Assembly: GCA_030537075.1 (NCBI GenBank)
Contig: JAUNOS010000001.1
Span: forward strand, 30,079 to 94,078
Length of the DNA: 64,000 bases
From: Candidatus Saccharimonadota bacterium
GTDB taxonomy: Bacteria > Patescibacteriota > Saccharimonadia > Saccharimonadales > Saccharimonadaceae
Reading direction: 5' to 3'
Part shown: positions 29,104 through 38,952 of the stretch, piece by piece
How the letters are laid out: each line of letters starts with the position of its first letter
Position numbering within the stretch: the first letter of the stretch is position 1
Translations under genes and position numbers: made by a program
The notes under the pieces: generated by a model
What the model saw: the letters and a program-made list of their open reading frames with translations, nothing else
Databases searched by the model: none
Told to the model about the DNA's origin: nothing

Positions 29104-29573
29104 CGCGACGCATCAACATCCGAGGAGTGATTATCAATGACAAGGGCGAGCTGTTTTGCCAGCTGCTAACGGCGCGGCAGCGTGATGGGCGGGATTTTTG
29201 GTGTACGCCGGGCGGCGGGCTGGAGCCAGGCGAAAGTCTACTGGACGGGCTGCGGCGGGAGATGCTGGAAGAGACAGGCGTGACGCCAGAGATTGGCAAG
29301 CTATTGTTCGTTCAGCAGTTCACCGAGTCTGACCAGCCAACCCCTGACCGCCCCAGCGAGCAACTGGAATTCTTTTTTCACATCACCAACTGGCAGGACT
29401 ACCAAACCGTCCAGCTGGAAGCCACTAGCCACGGCGTCAGCGAGGTCATGCAGTGCGGCTTCGTTTCGCCGGTGACCACTGTTATTTTGCCCCGCTATCT
29501 CACCGAGGTTGACCTGGACTGGCTGACCGATCCTACCACACCAACTCAGATTTTGAGCGACCTACCATCATAG
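29100..29573 (+). CDS. NUDIX hydrolase
   Basis: GGGLEPGESLLDGLRREMLEETG NUDIX box. Confidence 0.75.
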   Translation: MTRRINIRGVIINDKGELFCQLLTARQRDGRDFWCTPGGGLEPGESLLDGLRREMLEETGVTPEIGKLLFVQQFTESDQPTPDRPSEQLEFFFHITNWQDYQTVQLEATSHGVSEVMQCGFVSPVTTVILPRYLTEVDLDWLTDPTTPTQILSDLPS

Positions 29574-29578
29574 TGCTG

Positions 29579-30298
29579 CTAATGCCGCTTGAAAAACTGC
29601 TGCGCCCGCGCTGATTTCGGATGGTCAATCACGTCGCTCGGCGTGCCATCTTCGACAATTCGCCCCTTGTGCAAAAACAACATCCTGGTGCCCACGTCAC
29701 GCGCAAATTTCATCTCATGCGTCACGATGAGCATCGTCATACCGCGACCAGCCACCCGACGCACCACATCCAGCACCTCACCCACCATTTCTGGGTCAAG
29801 CGCTGACGTCGGCTCATCAAATAGCATCACCTTCGGCTCCATGGCCAGCGCACGGGCGATGGCCACCCGCTGCTTCTGCCCGCCTGACAGCTGCGACGGC
29901 CGAGCGTGCGCCTTGTCTTTGAGGCCGACCTCCGCCAGTAGCTTCATGGCCAGTCGCGTTGCCTGGGCGTCAGACAGTTTGCGTAATTTTTTCGGCGCCA
30001 ACTTGATATTTTCCAGCACGCTCAGGTGTGGAAACAAATTGAACTGCTGAAACACCATGCCAACATTTTTGCGCAAACGGTTCAGGTCAGCTCGCCCGCT
30101 GGTCACCTCTATGCCGTCCACGGTGATGGACCCGCCGCTGGCCGTCTCCAGCGCGTTGATGCAGCGCAGCAGCGTCGATTTTCCAGAGCCAGATGACCCA
30201 GCAAGCACCACGACCTCGCCCTCGCTCACCTCTAGGTCGATGTCGCGTAGCACCACCACGTCGCCAAATGATTTTTTGAGATCTTTGATGCTAATCAT
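29579..30298 (-). CDS. polar amino acid ABC transporter ATP-binding protein
   Basis: Walker A GSSGSGKST, signature LSGGQKQR. GlnQ/HisP-like, 239 aa. Confidence 0.9.
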   Translation of the reverse strand: MISIKDLKKSFGDVVVLRDIDLEVSEGEVVVLAGSSGSGKSTLLRCINALETASGGSITVDGIEVTSGRADLNRLRKNVGMVFQQFNLFPHLSVLENIKLAPKKLRKLSDAQATRLAMKLLAEVGLKDKAHARPSQLSGGQKQRVAIARALAMEPKVMLFDEPTSALDPEMVGEVLDVVRRVAGRGMTMLIVTHEMKFARDVGTRMLFLHKGRIVEDGTPSDVIDHPKSARAQQFFKRH

Positions 30299-30947
30299 CT
30301 TTTAATTTCCTTTCGATTCGCGCCGCCACCCTTGTGAGCAAGCTGGTCATCACCAGATACAGCAGCGCCGCCGCAAACAGCGACTGAAACGCCGTCGCCG
30401 TCTGAAAGCGAATATTATCCGCGCCGCGAATGATGTCGTTCAGTCCGATCCATCCCACCACTGACGTCTCTTTCAGTAGCGCAATACACTCACTGATCAG
30501 CGTCGGCAGGGAGTTGCGCAGCGCCTGCGGTAAGATAACTAGTCGCATAGCCTGCCAATGACTCAGCCCCAGGGCGCGCGCCGCCTCCATCTGCCCCTTG
30601 TCGATACTCTTCACGCCCGCGCGGATAATTTCCGCGATATAGGCTCCGCTATTGATACCGAAGGCGATGGCCGCCACGATAAGCTTTGGCATAAATTGAT
30701 ACGACCCGAACACTACGTAGTACATAATGAGCAGCTGCACCAAGAGCGGCGTGCCGCGGATGATCGTCACATAGGTTTTGCCTATCCAGCGCAGCGGCGC
30801 GATGTGCGACAGCCGCATCAAGGCCACCACCAGCCCGATGATCAGGCCGAGGATGAGCGACAGCACCGTCAGCACCAAGGTAACTTCCAGGCCATGCCAC
30901 AGATACAGCCAGCGGCCATCGCCGAAGATCACTTCGATGATATTCAT
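30291..30947 (-). CDS. amino acid ABC transporter permease (His/Gln family)
   Basis: 218 aa with 5 TM helices and an EAA-like loop. Overlaps both neighbouring genes. Confidence 0.88.
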   Translation of the reverse strand: MNIIEVIFGDGRWLYLWHGLEVTLVLTVLSLILGLIIGLVVALMRLSHIAPLRWIGKTYVTIIRGTPLLVQLLIMYYVVFGSYQFMPKLIVAAIAFGINSGAYIAEIIRAGVKSIDKGQMEAARALGLSHWQAMRLVILPQALRNSLPTLISECIALLKETSVVGWIGLNDIIRGADNIRFQTATAFQSLFAAALLYLVMTSLLTRVAARIERKLKDD

Positions 30948-31750
30948 GGGCGCGCTCCTGCTGCCGACTCACCGAAATATTTACGGATCAAGGCATCGTA
31001 ACGCCCGTCTTGCTTCATGTCGCGGATGACTTGGTCGGCGGCCTGCTTGAGGGCGTCATTGCCCTGCTTGATAGCGATGGCGTACTGCTCGCTGCTCAAC
31101 TCACCCGGCACAATTTCCAGCGACGGAAACCCCTTGATATACTGCGCGGCCGGCGCGTCATCCAAAATCACCGCATCCACCCCGCCGATAGCCAATTCAC
31201 TCAGCACCGTCGGTACACTGGGAAATTGCGCCACTTTGGCACCTGAAATCTTTGAGGCCAGCGTGTCGCCCGTCGTCCCAAGCTGCACGCCAATTTTCCT
31301 CCCCTCAAGTGCCCCTGCCGTCCGCAGTGAACTGCCTTTTTTCACGATAATCCGCTGCGACGCCGTGTAGTAGGCATCCGAAAACAGCACATTCTTGGCG
31401 CGCTCCGGCGTCATGGACATCCCCGCGATCACCATATCGACCCGCCCGGCATCCAGCGCTGGCAACAGCCCATCGAACGACATATCCTCTACCCGCAGCT
31501 CCTTGCCCATACTCTTGGCAATTTCCCGCGCCAGATCGACATCAAAGCCCACTACCTCAGCCCCTTCACGATACTCAAACGGCTTGAACCCAGCATTTGT
31601 TCCCATGATCAGCACCTCTTGAGTATCGCCAAAATTTCCCTCGCGCTGCATGATATCGACGAACATCCAGCCGACCAGCACCAAAAACAGCCCCAGCCCG
31701 ATCCACCACGAGGGGCCAAAGAGTCGCGTCTGCCCACCAGTTCGCTTCAT
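30944..31750 (-). CDS. amino acid ABC transporter substrate-binding protein (family 3), membrane-anchored
   Basis: Start set at the ATG at 31750 (GGGAG RBS). N-terminal TM anchor followed by a periplasmic-binding fold. Confidence 0.8.
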   Translation of the reverse strand: MKRTGGQTRLFGPSWWIGLGLFLVLVGWMFVDIMQREGNFGDTQEVLIMGTNAGFKPFEYREGAEVVGFDVDLAREIAKSMGKELRVEDMSFDGLLPALDAGRVDMVIAGMSMTPERAKNVLFSDAYYTASQRIIVKKGSSLRTAGALEGRKIGVQLGTTGDTLASKISGAKVAQFPSVPTVLSELAIGGVDAVILDDAPAAQYIKGFPSLEIVPGELSSEQYAIAIKQGNDALKQAADQVIRDMKQDGRYDALIRKYFGESAAGARP

Positions 31751-31808
31751 ACTCCCAGTATAGCGCGTTTGCCCTGCCGGGCCAACAAGTGGTAAAATAA
31801 CAAGTATT

Positions 31809-33362
31809 ATGGTGAAAAAAGCTCTCAGGGCGTCAATTCGTCCCCTTATCATCTTGCTGCTGGCACTAGCAGCCGTCCTGTTCGTTGCTGTTCAGTTCAA
31901 GATGACCAAATTTAACGATGCGAAGATTGACGAAATCCTGTTTTATCTCAACAACGGCCTGGCCGGTGGACAAACCGGCAGTCTGAGCGATGCCGTCTGG
32001 TCCTATCTGCCATGGGCGGTGCTACTCTTTATCATCCTATGGCTACCGACCACCGCTTGGATGCGCCGCCTGCTGAGCCGAGCACTGCGTCCGCTGGCCC
32101 GCTTCGTGCCGCGCCCCCTGAAAAAACTGGGTGGCTTTACCATTCGCAAGCAATTTCTCTACGCCGTCGCCCTCTGCACTATCAGCTGCGTGATGATCCT
32201 GCAAAGCTTTAGTATCCCAGCCTACGTCGCGGCGCTGGCCCAGTCGACCAAGCTGTACGAAGAGCACTATGTCGATCCGCGCTCGGTGGAGCTGACCTTT
32301 CCGGAGAAAAAGCGCAACCTGATTTACATCTACCTAGAGTCGGTGGAAAATACCGTGCTGTCGCGAGAACACGGCGGCATGAATGAACGCTCGGTGATGC
32401 CAGAACTTGAAACACTGGCGCGTGAAAACCTTAATTTTTCTCATACCAACTCGGGGCTCGGTGGCGCACTGCCAGCGCACGGCACCACCTGGACGGTGGG
32501 CGGCATGACAGCGCAGTCAGCGGGCGTACCGCTCAAGCAAACTCTGGCAGGCGGGCGTGACCACAACTCGATGAGCGAGTTTAACCATTTTCTGCCCGGC
32601 GCTCACACCCTCGGCGATATCCTGAAGGCCAACGGCTACAACCAGTCATTTGTCATGGGCTCGGACGCGGCCTTTGGTGGGCGCGACAAACTGCTCACGC
32701 AGCACGGCGATTATCAGCTGCTTGATTTCAATTGGGCGCGGCGCGAAGGCAAGATTCCTGCTGACTACAAAGTATGGTGGGGCTACGAAGATAAGCGGAT
32801 GTTTGAGTTTGCCAAAGAAGAAGCCACTCGCCTCAGCCAGCTTGATAAACCATTTAACCTGCAGCTGCTGACGGTTGACACTCACTACGTCGATGGCTGG
32901 ATGGATGAAACCTGTCCGCAAGACTACGCGCATAAATACGACAATGTGCACGCTTGTTCATCTCGCCAAGTGAAGGCCTTCATCGACTGGCTGAAGCAAC
33001 AGCCGTTTTATGACAATACCACCGTCATTATCACCGGTGACCATCTGGGAATGCAGACCGATTATTACACTGAAAAAATTGCTGGGCAAGACTACCAGCG
33101 CACCATCTTTAACGCTTTTTTGAACCCTGCCCTGCAGCCACATCAGTCTCACAGCCGCCAATTCACCAGTTTTGACATGTACCCGACGACCCTGGCGGCC
33201 ATGGGTGTGCAGATCAAGGGCGAGCGCCTCGGCCTCGGCACCAATCTTTTCTCCGGCGAAAAAACCCTGGTGGAGCGCCTGGGCGGCATCGACCAATTGA
33301 ACCAAGAGTTGCCAAGGCGCTCGTCGTTTTACGAGCGCCAGCTAATGACAAGGGGTAAGTAG
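31809..33362 (+). CDS. LTA synthase family (sulfatase/phosphoglycerol transferase) membrane protein
   Basis: N-terminal TM helices followed by an alkaline-phosphatase-superfamily extracellular domain of LtaS/MdoB type. Confidence 0.8.
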   Translation: MVKKALRASIRPLIILLLALAAVLFVAVQFKMTKFNDAKIDEILFYLNNGLAGGQTGSLSDAVWSYLPWAVLLFIILWLPTTAWMRRLLSRALRPLARFVPRPLKKLGGFTIRKQFLYAVALCTISCVMILQSFSIPAYVAALAQSTKLYEEHYVDPRSVELTFPEKKRNLIYIYLESVENTVLSREHGGMNERSVMPELETLARENLNFSHTNSGLGGALPAHGTTWTVGGMTAQSAGVPLKQTLAGGRDHNSMSEFNHFLPGAHTLGDILKANGYNQSFVMGSDAAFGGRDKLLTQHGDYQLLDFNWARREGKIPADYKVWWGYEDKRMFEFAKEEATRLSQLDKPFNLQLLTVDTHYVDGWMDETCPQDYAHKYDNVHACSSRQVKAFIDWLKQQPFYDNTTVIITGDHLGMQTDYYTEKIAGQDYQRTIFNAFLNPALQPHQSHSRQFTSFDMYPTTLAAMGVQIKGERLGLGTNLFSGEKTLVERLGGIDQLNQELPRRSSFYERQLMTRGK

Positions 33363-33363
33363 C

Positions 33364-35598
33364 CTACTCTGTCTGGTTCTGCTCTAGCGAGGTGATTTTT
33401 TGGATCATCGGTAATACCAGCCAGATACCTATGCTACCGAGGAGCAAGCTACCGCCCACGATGGCAAAGTATGTCGGCGACAGACTGACCCGCACCGTCG
33501 ATGAAAAGCTCTGCAAAAAGACGGTCGCCACCCAGATGCCTGCACCAGCTGCCAGCACCGAGGTACTGATGAGCGGAATTAACGACTCGACCAGCACAAC
33601 TCGCTTCATTTGCCCGACCGTCATACCACTCAAGCGCAGCGTAAAGAGTGAGCGTCGTCGCTCTAACAGGCCGCCGATTGTCGAAACGATCAGGCTCGCC
33701 ACTGCCACGAACAAGGTAACACCGATACCAACATAGGTCAGCGCCGCCAGATCATTGATAACAGGATTGACAACTGGTTTTTGCGCTCGCGTACCGTCCG
33801 CGATAGCCAGTTGACCAGCCGCTGGCATGTAACTGAGCGCCAGGCTGCGCAGCGCATCAATTTTCTCACCGTTCAGTCGCACGATATAGCGCGCTGGTGC
33901 ATCTGCTGGCACTTCTTTGGCATCGATAGTCTCAATGTTGTCCACGACGGGGCTTAGGAAATTGATGCGGGTCAACGCGTCATCAGCCGCACCAGCTGGA
34001 CAGCGGTGCTTCGTATAGGCGGCTGCCACACGACAGGACAGTACCATACCCTTGTCCGTTTCGGTCACAACATCCGTCGAGCTAATGAATGACTGCTTGC
34101 GCAAGGTTGCCTCAAAGTCAGCTGGTAACTGGTCTGAGTAGACAATAGCAGTACCTGACTGCAACTGTGAATAACCATTGTCTTGAATCGACTGCAGGGA
34201 GAGATTACCTACCCCGCTGACCGCTGCCAGGTAAAAGCTACCAGCAAACAGGGCGAGCACCAGCCCACTCACGCTGCGGAAAATAGTCCGGGCATGTCCC
34301 GTGATGCGTCGCGATGCCAGCAGCGTGGTGGCCCGCCTGGTGTGATTGGCAAACACTTTCGACAGCCGACTGGTCAACCATGACCCTGCAAGCAACAAGC
34401 CAAACATTACCAACAACACACCACCCAGCACCAGCAGCATCGGCGCAATACTGTCATTGGCCTGTGCCTTGAGCCAGCTACTCCCCGCAGGCACACTCAA
34501 CCAGGTAAAAATCCCCACACCCGTTAACAGCGGCAGGACACGCCAGGCACGCGGCCGTTTGTCCAGGCGCTCGCGGCGAGCCACTCCCAGCGGCGAGGTG
34601 CGGACTTTGCGCATCGCACGCCAACTAGCGAACAAGCTACAGCCCAGCGTGATCAGTGCGAAAATAAGGTATTGGACTGGTTCAACACGCAAATCACCCG
34701 TCCAGAATCGCATATCGCTGAAGGTAAAGTTGCCGAGCAACTGTTCATATGCCGCCCAATATACCAGTGAGCCAACGATCATACCCAACATTGTCGCAAC
34801 AAATGATTCAAACAGCAGTATATGGTTGATTTGTGACCGTGTTGCCCCGATCAGCCGCAAAGCGGCATAGCGCTGTTCACGCTGAGCACTTCCCAGCTGC
34901 GTTGCCACTGCCACAAACATGACAATCGGAAAGAGCAAGATGATGCCACCGAACGAGAATATGAGTAGTGATGCTGGATCAAGCTCAAACAAAGGCTTGT
35001 GTTTTAGTGACTCCAAACTGTACAACTTTGCCGGCTGTTGTTCCGACCGCTGCCATGCTGCCACCTGCTCATCCGTCGCACCTCGTACCACCTGCAAGCT
35101 GTCTGGCGAAACAACATACTGTTCCGGCATCGTTCCGATATTCTTCGTACCAAACCGTTCGCCAATCTTGTCTTCTGGGTGTTGACGGATGATTTCCGCC
35201 AGCTTTGGCGATACATAATATTCACCGGCCCGTGGCGTTTTCATGCCGGGAAACTCAGGAGAATTGTCGCCTGTAGCGTGCAGAAATACCTGAATGATTT
35301 CCTGGTCGCGCCACTTAGAGGTGTTCCCAAACACCGTCGGCAACGTGTTCACCTGCAGCGGTGCCACCCCATCGATAGGTCGCTGAGCTTGTTTCGTCAC
35401 CTCGGAAGCAAATGGACTATCAGAAGGGGTTGCCACTGACTGCCACGCATAGCGCTGCTGACGAGCCATCAAGCCATTGATGCCCGCCAAAAAACTCAGC
35501 AACATCAGCGTGCCCAGTCCGATAGCTGCTACCGTCAGCCCCAACCGTCCGATTGATTGACGCCCAGATTTTTTGAAAAGTAACCATGAAATTCTCAT
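33364..35598 (-). CDS. FtsX-like ABC transporter permease (744 aa, duplicated FtsX domain)
   Basis: Ten predicted TM helices in two FtsX modules. 4-nt overlap with the upstream ATPase. Confidence 0.85.
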   Translation of the reverse strand: MRISWLLFKKSGRQSIGRLGLTVAAIGLGTLMLLSFLAGINGLMARQQRYAWQSVATPSDSPFASEVTKQAQRPIDGVAPLQVNTLPTVFGNTSKWRDQEIIQVFLHATGDNSPEFPGMKTPRAGEYYVSPKLAEIIRQHPEDKIGERFGTKNIGTMPEQYVVSPDSLQVVRGATDEQVAAWQRSEQQPAKLYSLESLKHKPLFELDPASLLIFSFGGIILLFPIVMFVAVATQLGSAQREQRYAALRLIGATRSQINHILLFESFVATMLGMIVGSLVYWAAYEQLLGNFTFSDMRFWTGDLRVEPVQYLIFALITLGCSLFASWRAMRKVRTSPLGVARRERLDKRPRAWRVLPLLTGVGIFTWLSVPAGSSWLKAQANDSIAPMLLVLGGVLLVMFGLLLAGSWLTSRLSKVFANHTRRATTLLASRRITGHARTIFRSVSGLVLALFAGSFYLAAVSGVGNLSLQSIQDNGYSQLQSGTAIVYSDQLPADFEATLRKQSFISSTDVVTETDKGMVLSCRVAAAYTKHRCPAGAADDALTRINFLSPVVDNIETIDAKEVPADAPARYIVRLNGEKIDALRSLALSYMPAAGQLAIADGTRAQKPVVNPVINDLAALTYVGIGVTLFVAVASLIVSTIGGLLERRRSLFTLRLSGMTVGQMKRVVLVESLIPLISTSVLAAGAGIWVATVFLQSFSSTVRVSLSPTYFAIVGGSLLLGSIGIWLVLPMIQKITSLEQNQTE

Positions 35599-36347
35599 TG
35601 CACTCCTCCAGTGGTGTTCATTGTTTTGCGAGCGGCCCGCGCGCCAGTCGTCGGACTATGCGACGGCTCAACACCAGCCGCAGTGGTGATCTGTCCATCG
35701 CGCACGATGATTTCGCGGTCAGCGTATGCCGCAATGGTTGGTTCGTGTGTCACCATGACGACCGTTGTGCCATTTTCTTTGGCGGTTTTGATAAATAGCT
35801 CCATGACTTTTTCAGAATTCAGGCTGTCCAGCGACCCTGTTGGCTCGTCAGCAAACAGCACCTTCGGCTCAATCACCATAGCGCGCGCAATCGCCACCCG
35901 CTGTGCCTGACCGCCAGAAATTTCGCCCGGCAGACTGGCTTCTTTGCCCCTCAAGCCCACTGCCGCAATCCATTTTTTAGCGCGAGCATACGCGTCCTTG
36001 CGACTGACTCCATTGAGCAGCAGCGGCAACGCCACATTGTCATGCACGCTCAGCTCTGGCACCAATTGCCCAAACTGAAACACGAACCCAAACGCCGTAC
36101 GCCGCAGGATACTACGTTCCTTGTCGTTCATCGTATCAATCCGCGTGCCGTCAAACAAAATCTCGCCCTCATCGACATTGGTAATAGCCGCCAAGCTATG
36201 CAGCAGCGTCGATTTACCAGAACCGCTCGGCCCCATGATGGCTAATACTTCGCCTGGTTTGATGTCCAAACTAACACCACGCAGGGCATGCGTTTGACCG
36301 AATGATTTTTTGATATTTCTGGCGCTAATAATTGGTGCTACAGACAT
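35595..36347 (-). CDS. ABC transporter ATP-binding protein (MacB/LolD-like)
   Basis: Walker A GPSGSGKST, signature ISGGQAQR, Walker B LFADEPT. Confidence 0.9.
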   Translation of the reverse strand: MSVAPIISARNIKKSFGQTHALRGVSLDIKPGEVLAIMGPSGSGKSTLLHSLAAITNVDEGEILFDGTRIDTMNDKERSILRRTAFGFVFQFGQLVPELSVHDNVALPLLLNGVSRKDAYARAKKWIAAVGLRGKEASLPGEISGGQAQRVAIARAMVIEPKVLFADEPTGSLDSLNSEKVMELFIKTAKENGTTVVMVTHEPTIAAYADREIIVRDGQITTAAGVEPSHSPTTGARAARKTMNTTGGVQ

Positions 36348-36865
36348 AATTCCTCCTTTAGTTTTGTTAATCGCGAGCTGGTCATATCGATCCAGCGTAG
36401 GTCTGCTTCGATGTGATACAACGCATGGTCGATCAGCAGGGTCGTCGCCAGGTCGCTGTCACGACGCTGTCGCGTTAGTTGACGCATCCGCTCGATGTGC
36501 GTGTGGCGCTGCGCATCCAGGTATGGCGCTGCATCGCCATCTCGCATCAACGCTAGCACCGTCTTCATGTACATGGTTGTTTGTAGGTATTGCGACGGTG
36601 CTTCGGGCATAGCCAACCATGCCTCAAATGCCTCCTGGCCGCGCGGCGTGATCTGATATTTGACTCGCTCTGGTCCGCCACTTTCATCGGTATCCTTGAC
36701 CTCTTCCACTTTGCCGTCTCGCTTCAGGCGTGACAGTGTCGAATAAATCTGACCGCTTAAAATTGGCTTATCTTTCCCAAAGAGCGAATCATACTTTTTC
36801 TTTAGCTCGTAACCGTAGTTTGGCTCCGAGGCTAAAAATCCTAATAGGGTATAGTTTGCGCTCAT
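36338..36865 (-). CDS. PadR-family transcriptional regulator
   Basis: N-terminal winged-helix region LGFLASEPNYGYEL...GQIYSTLSRL, typical of PadR. Overlaps the ATPase start by 10 nt. Confidence 0.8.
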   Translation of the reverse strand: MSANYTLLGFLASEPNYGYELKKKYDSLFGKDKPILSGQIYSTLSRLKRDGKVEEVKDTDESGGPERVKYQITPRGQEAFEAWLAMPEAPSQYLQTTMYMKTVLALMRDGDAAPYLDAQRHTHIERMRQLTRQRRDSDLATTLLIDHALYHIEADLRWIDMTSSRLTKLKEELCL

Positions 36866-36997
36866 GTCTCTGAGTATACACTGAGTGTATAGTTAATACA
36901 AGGGGTTTTCCAAAAAATATACACTGGGTGTATAGTAAATCAAGGAGAAAAAATCGCCGCATAGCGGCGATTGTATTGCTCGGGAGCGTGAGTTTAG

Positions 36998-38011
36998 CTA
37001 CTCAGCGTACCCGTCTGGATTTTCCGACTGCCACTTCCATGAGTCACGGCAGGCGTCCTGAATACTCAGCTCAGCCTGCCAGCCCAGCTCCTCTCTCGCT
37101 AGGCTCGGGTCAGCATAACACGCCGCGATATCGCCAGGGCGACGGGCCACCACCTGATAGGGAATCTCCCGCTCAGCTGCCCGCTCAAAGGCATGGACCA
37201 ATTCCAGCACTGAGGTGCCTTGACCGGTACCGACATTATAATATTTATATTCATTGGGCGCACCGAGATGCTCCAGTGCCGCCACATGCGCCTTTGCCAG
37301 ATCAACCACGTGGATGTAGTCGCGCACGCCCGTGCCATCCACGGTGTCGTAGTCATCACCGAACACGCTGAGCTGTTCGCGCTTACCGACCGCCACTTGC
37401 GAAACGAAAGGCAGCAAGTTGTTCGGGATGCCCGATGGGTCCTCGCCGATCAGGCCGCTGGGATGAGCGCCCACGGGGTTGAAATAGCGCAGCGAGGTGA
37501 ATTGCCAGCCTTCATTCGTCGCTGCCGTGTCGCGCAGAATTTGCTCGATCATCAATTTCGTCTGGCCATACGGGTTAGTCGCCGATAGTGGCATATCCTC
37601 GGTGATCGGTAGCTTCGCTGGATCGCCATAGACGGTGGCCGAGCTTGAAAAGACCAGCTTTTTCACCTCATGCTGGCCCATCACATCCAGCAGTGTCAGC
37701 GTGCTTTCCAGGTTATTTTGATAATACCACAGCGCCTTCGCTACCGACTCGCCGACCGCCTTCAGCCCCGCAAAGTGAATGACCGCGTCAATCTTCTCGC
37801 TGTCGAACAGCGCCGCCAGCCGCGCCCGGTCGCGCAAATCGAACTCATGAAACGGCACCGCCTGCCCGGTGATCCGCTCCACTCGCCGTAGGCTTTCAGC
37901 TGATGAATTTGATAAATTATCGACGACTACCACGCTGTGACCTGACGCCAGCAGTTCGATGATAGTATGGCTGCCGATATAGCCTGCTCCTCCGGTAACT
38001 AGAATATTCAT
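36998..38011 (-). CDS. galE: UDP-glucose 4-epimerase
   Basis: Start set at the ATG at 38011 (MNILVTGGAGYIGSH Rossmann motif). YxxxK catalytic motif present. The 49-aa upstream extension in the ORF track is rejected. Confidence 0.9.
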   Translation of the reverse strand: MNILVTGGAGYIGSHTIIELLASGHSVVVVDNLSNSSAESLRRVERITGQAVPFHEFDLRDRARLAALFDSEKIDAVIHFAGLKAVGESVAKALWYYQNNLESTLTLLDVMGQHEVKKLVFSSSATVYGDPAKLPITEDMPLSATNPYGQTKLMIEQILRDTAATNEGWQFTSLRYFNPVGAHPSGLIGEDPSGIPNNLLPFVSQVAVGKREQLSVFGDDYDTVDGTGVRDYIHVVDLAKAHVAALEHLGAPNEYKYYNVGTGQGTSVLELVHAFERAAEREIPYQVVARRPGDIAACYADPSLAREELGWQAELSIQDACRDSWKWQSENPDGYAE

Positions 38012-38028
38012 ATACCCAGTATAGCACT

Positions 38029-38919
38029 TTAGCGGGCAGTCGTCAGTCGGGCACCCATGCGCTCGATGTCCGCTACGCCGCCGAGGTCTTTGACACGAGT
38101 AAAGCCAGCAGCCTCCAGGAGGCGCTTGGCCTCGGCGGAGCGGTTGCCGCTGCGGCAATAGACGTACAATGTTGTGTTTTTATCAACATTTGGCATCACG
38201 CCAGACTGGAGCCGATCCAGTGGCCAATTCACCGCCTGCTGTACGTGACCATCCTGAAATTCCCCAGGCGTTCGCACGTCAATCAGCTGCGCACCCCTTG
38301 CCAAGTCATCCGTCACGGCCGCGAACTGCTTAGTCTGACGTATCATGTGGCGCAGTTGGTCAATCGCCCGCTTTCGACGCTCCTCAGTCCAGTAGCTATC
38401 AGGGGTCGCCGTCTCGCCATCAGCCGTTGTCTCCTGTAAGAAATGTCCTACGATGTCACCGCCACGCAGCGCCGTCACGTCAGGCACATAGACCCGCGGA
38501 TTGCCCTGCTCATCTTTACGCAGGTGCGGCTTTAGTTTCTCGACAATTGACTGATACAGCTCATTCTGCTCCTGGCGCGCCGTCCGAATATCCAGATAGT
38601 AAATCGCCGCCAGCCCCTCCGCCTTGGCCGCCTCATCGACGATTGGGGCTAACTTTTGACACCACGGACATTCCTTAAAGCCGAGGAAGATGAGCCCATC
38701 GCCCCGCTCAAATAGTTCGCGCGCCCACTCCGGCGTCACTGGCTGAAAGCGATGATCCTCAGCAACTCCCGAGTACTGCTGTCGAAAGGCCTCGTCACCA
38801 CGTCGAACTTTTTCCACCGTTGGCGGTGTCGGCTGCTGCGGGCGCGTCACCAGCCAGCCAATGCCAGCGACCACCACCAAAAAACTAATAGCAATAATGA
38901 TCGGTGTACGTTGCTTCAT
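38029..38919 (-). CDS. membrane-anchored thioredoxin-fold plus rhodanese-domain protein
   Basis: N-terminal TM helix, CPWC thioredoxin-like motif, and C-terminal rhodanese active-site loop CRSGNRS. Confidence 0.65.
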   Translation of the reverse strand: MKQRTPIIIAISFLVVVAGIGWLVTRPQQPTPPTVEKVRRGDEAFRQQYSGVAEDHRFQPVTPEWARELFERGDGLIFLGFKECPWCQKLAPIVDEAAKAEGLAAIYYLDIRTARQEQNELYQSIVEKLKPHLRKDEQGNPRVYVPDVTALRGGDIVGHFLQETTADGETATPDSYWTEERRKRAIDQLRHMIRQTKQFAAVTDDLARGAQLIDVRTPGEFQDGHVQQAVNWPLDRLQSGVMPNVDKNTTLYVYCRSGNRSAEAKRLLEAAGFTRVKDLGGVADIERMGARLTTAR

Positions 38920-38952
38920 ACTGCTTAGTATAGCGCGTCTGGCACGGTGAAG

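Noticed and set aside
27539-29110. Searched for a direct repeat of the tRNA-Pro 3' end (attL/attR) at the far side of the low-GC islet.
   Set aside because: Only a weak ATCCAG match was found at 27830 and 28670. There is no convincing att duplication, so an integrative element cannot be asserted.
36998-38158. 49-aa N-terminal extension of GalE (Arg/Pro-rich) in the ORF track.
   Set aside because: The Rossmann motif begins right after the internal ATG at 38011. The extension is low-complexity and overlaps the next gene's upstream region.
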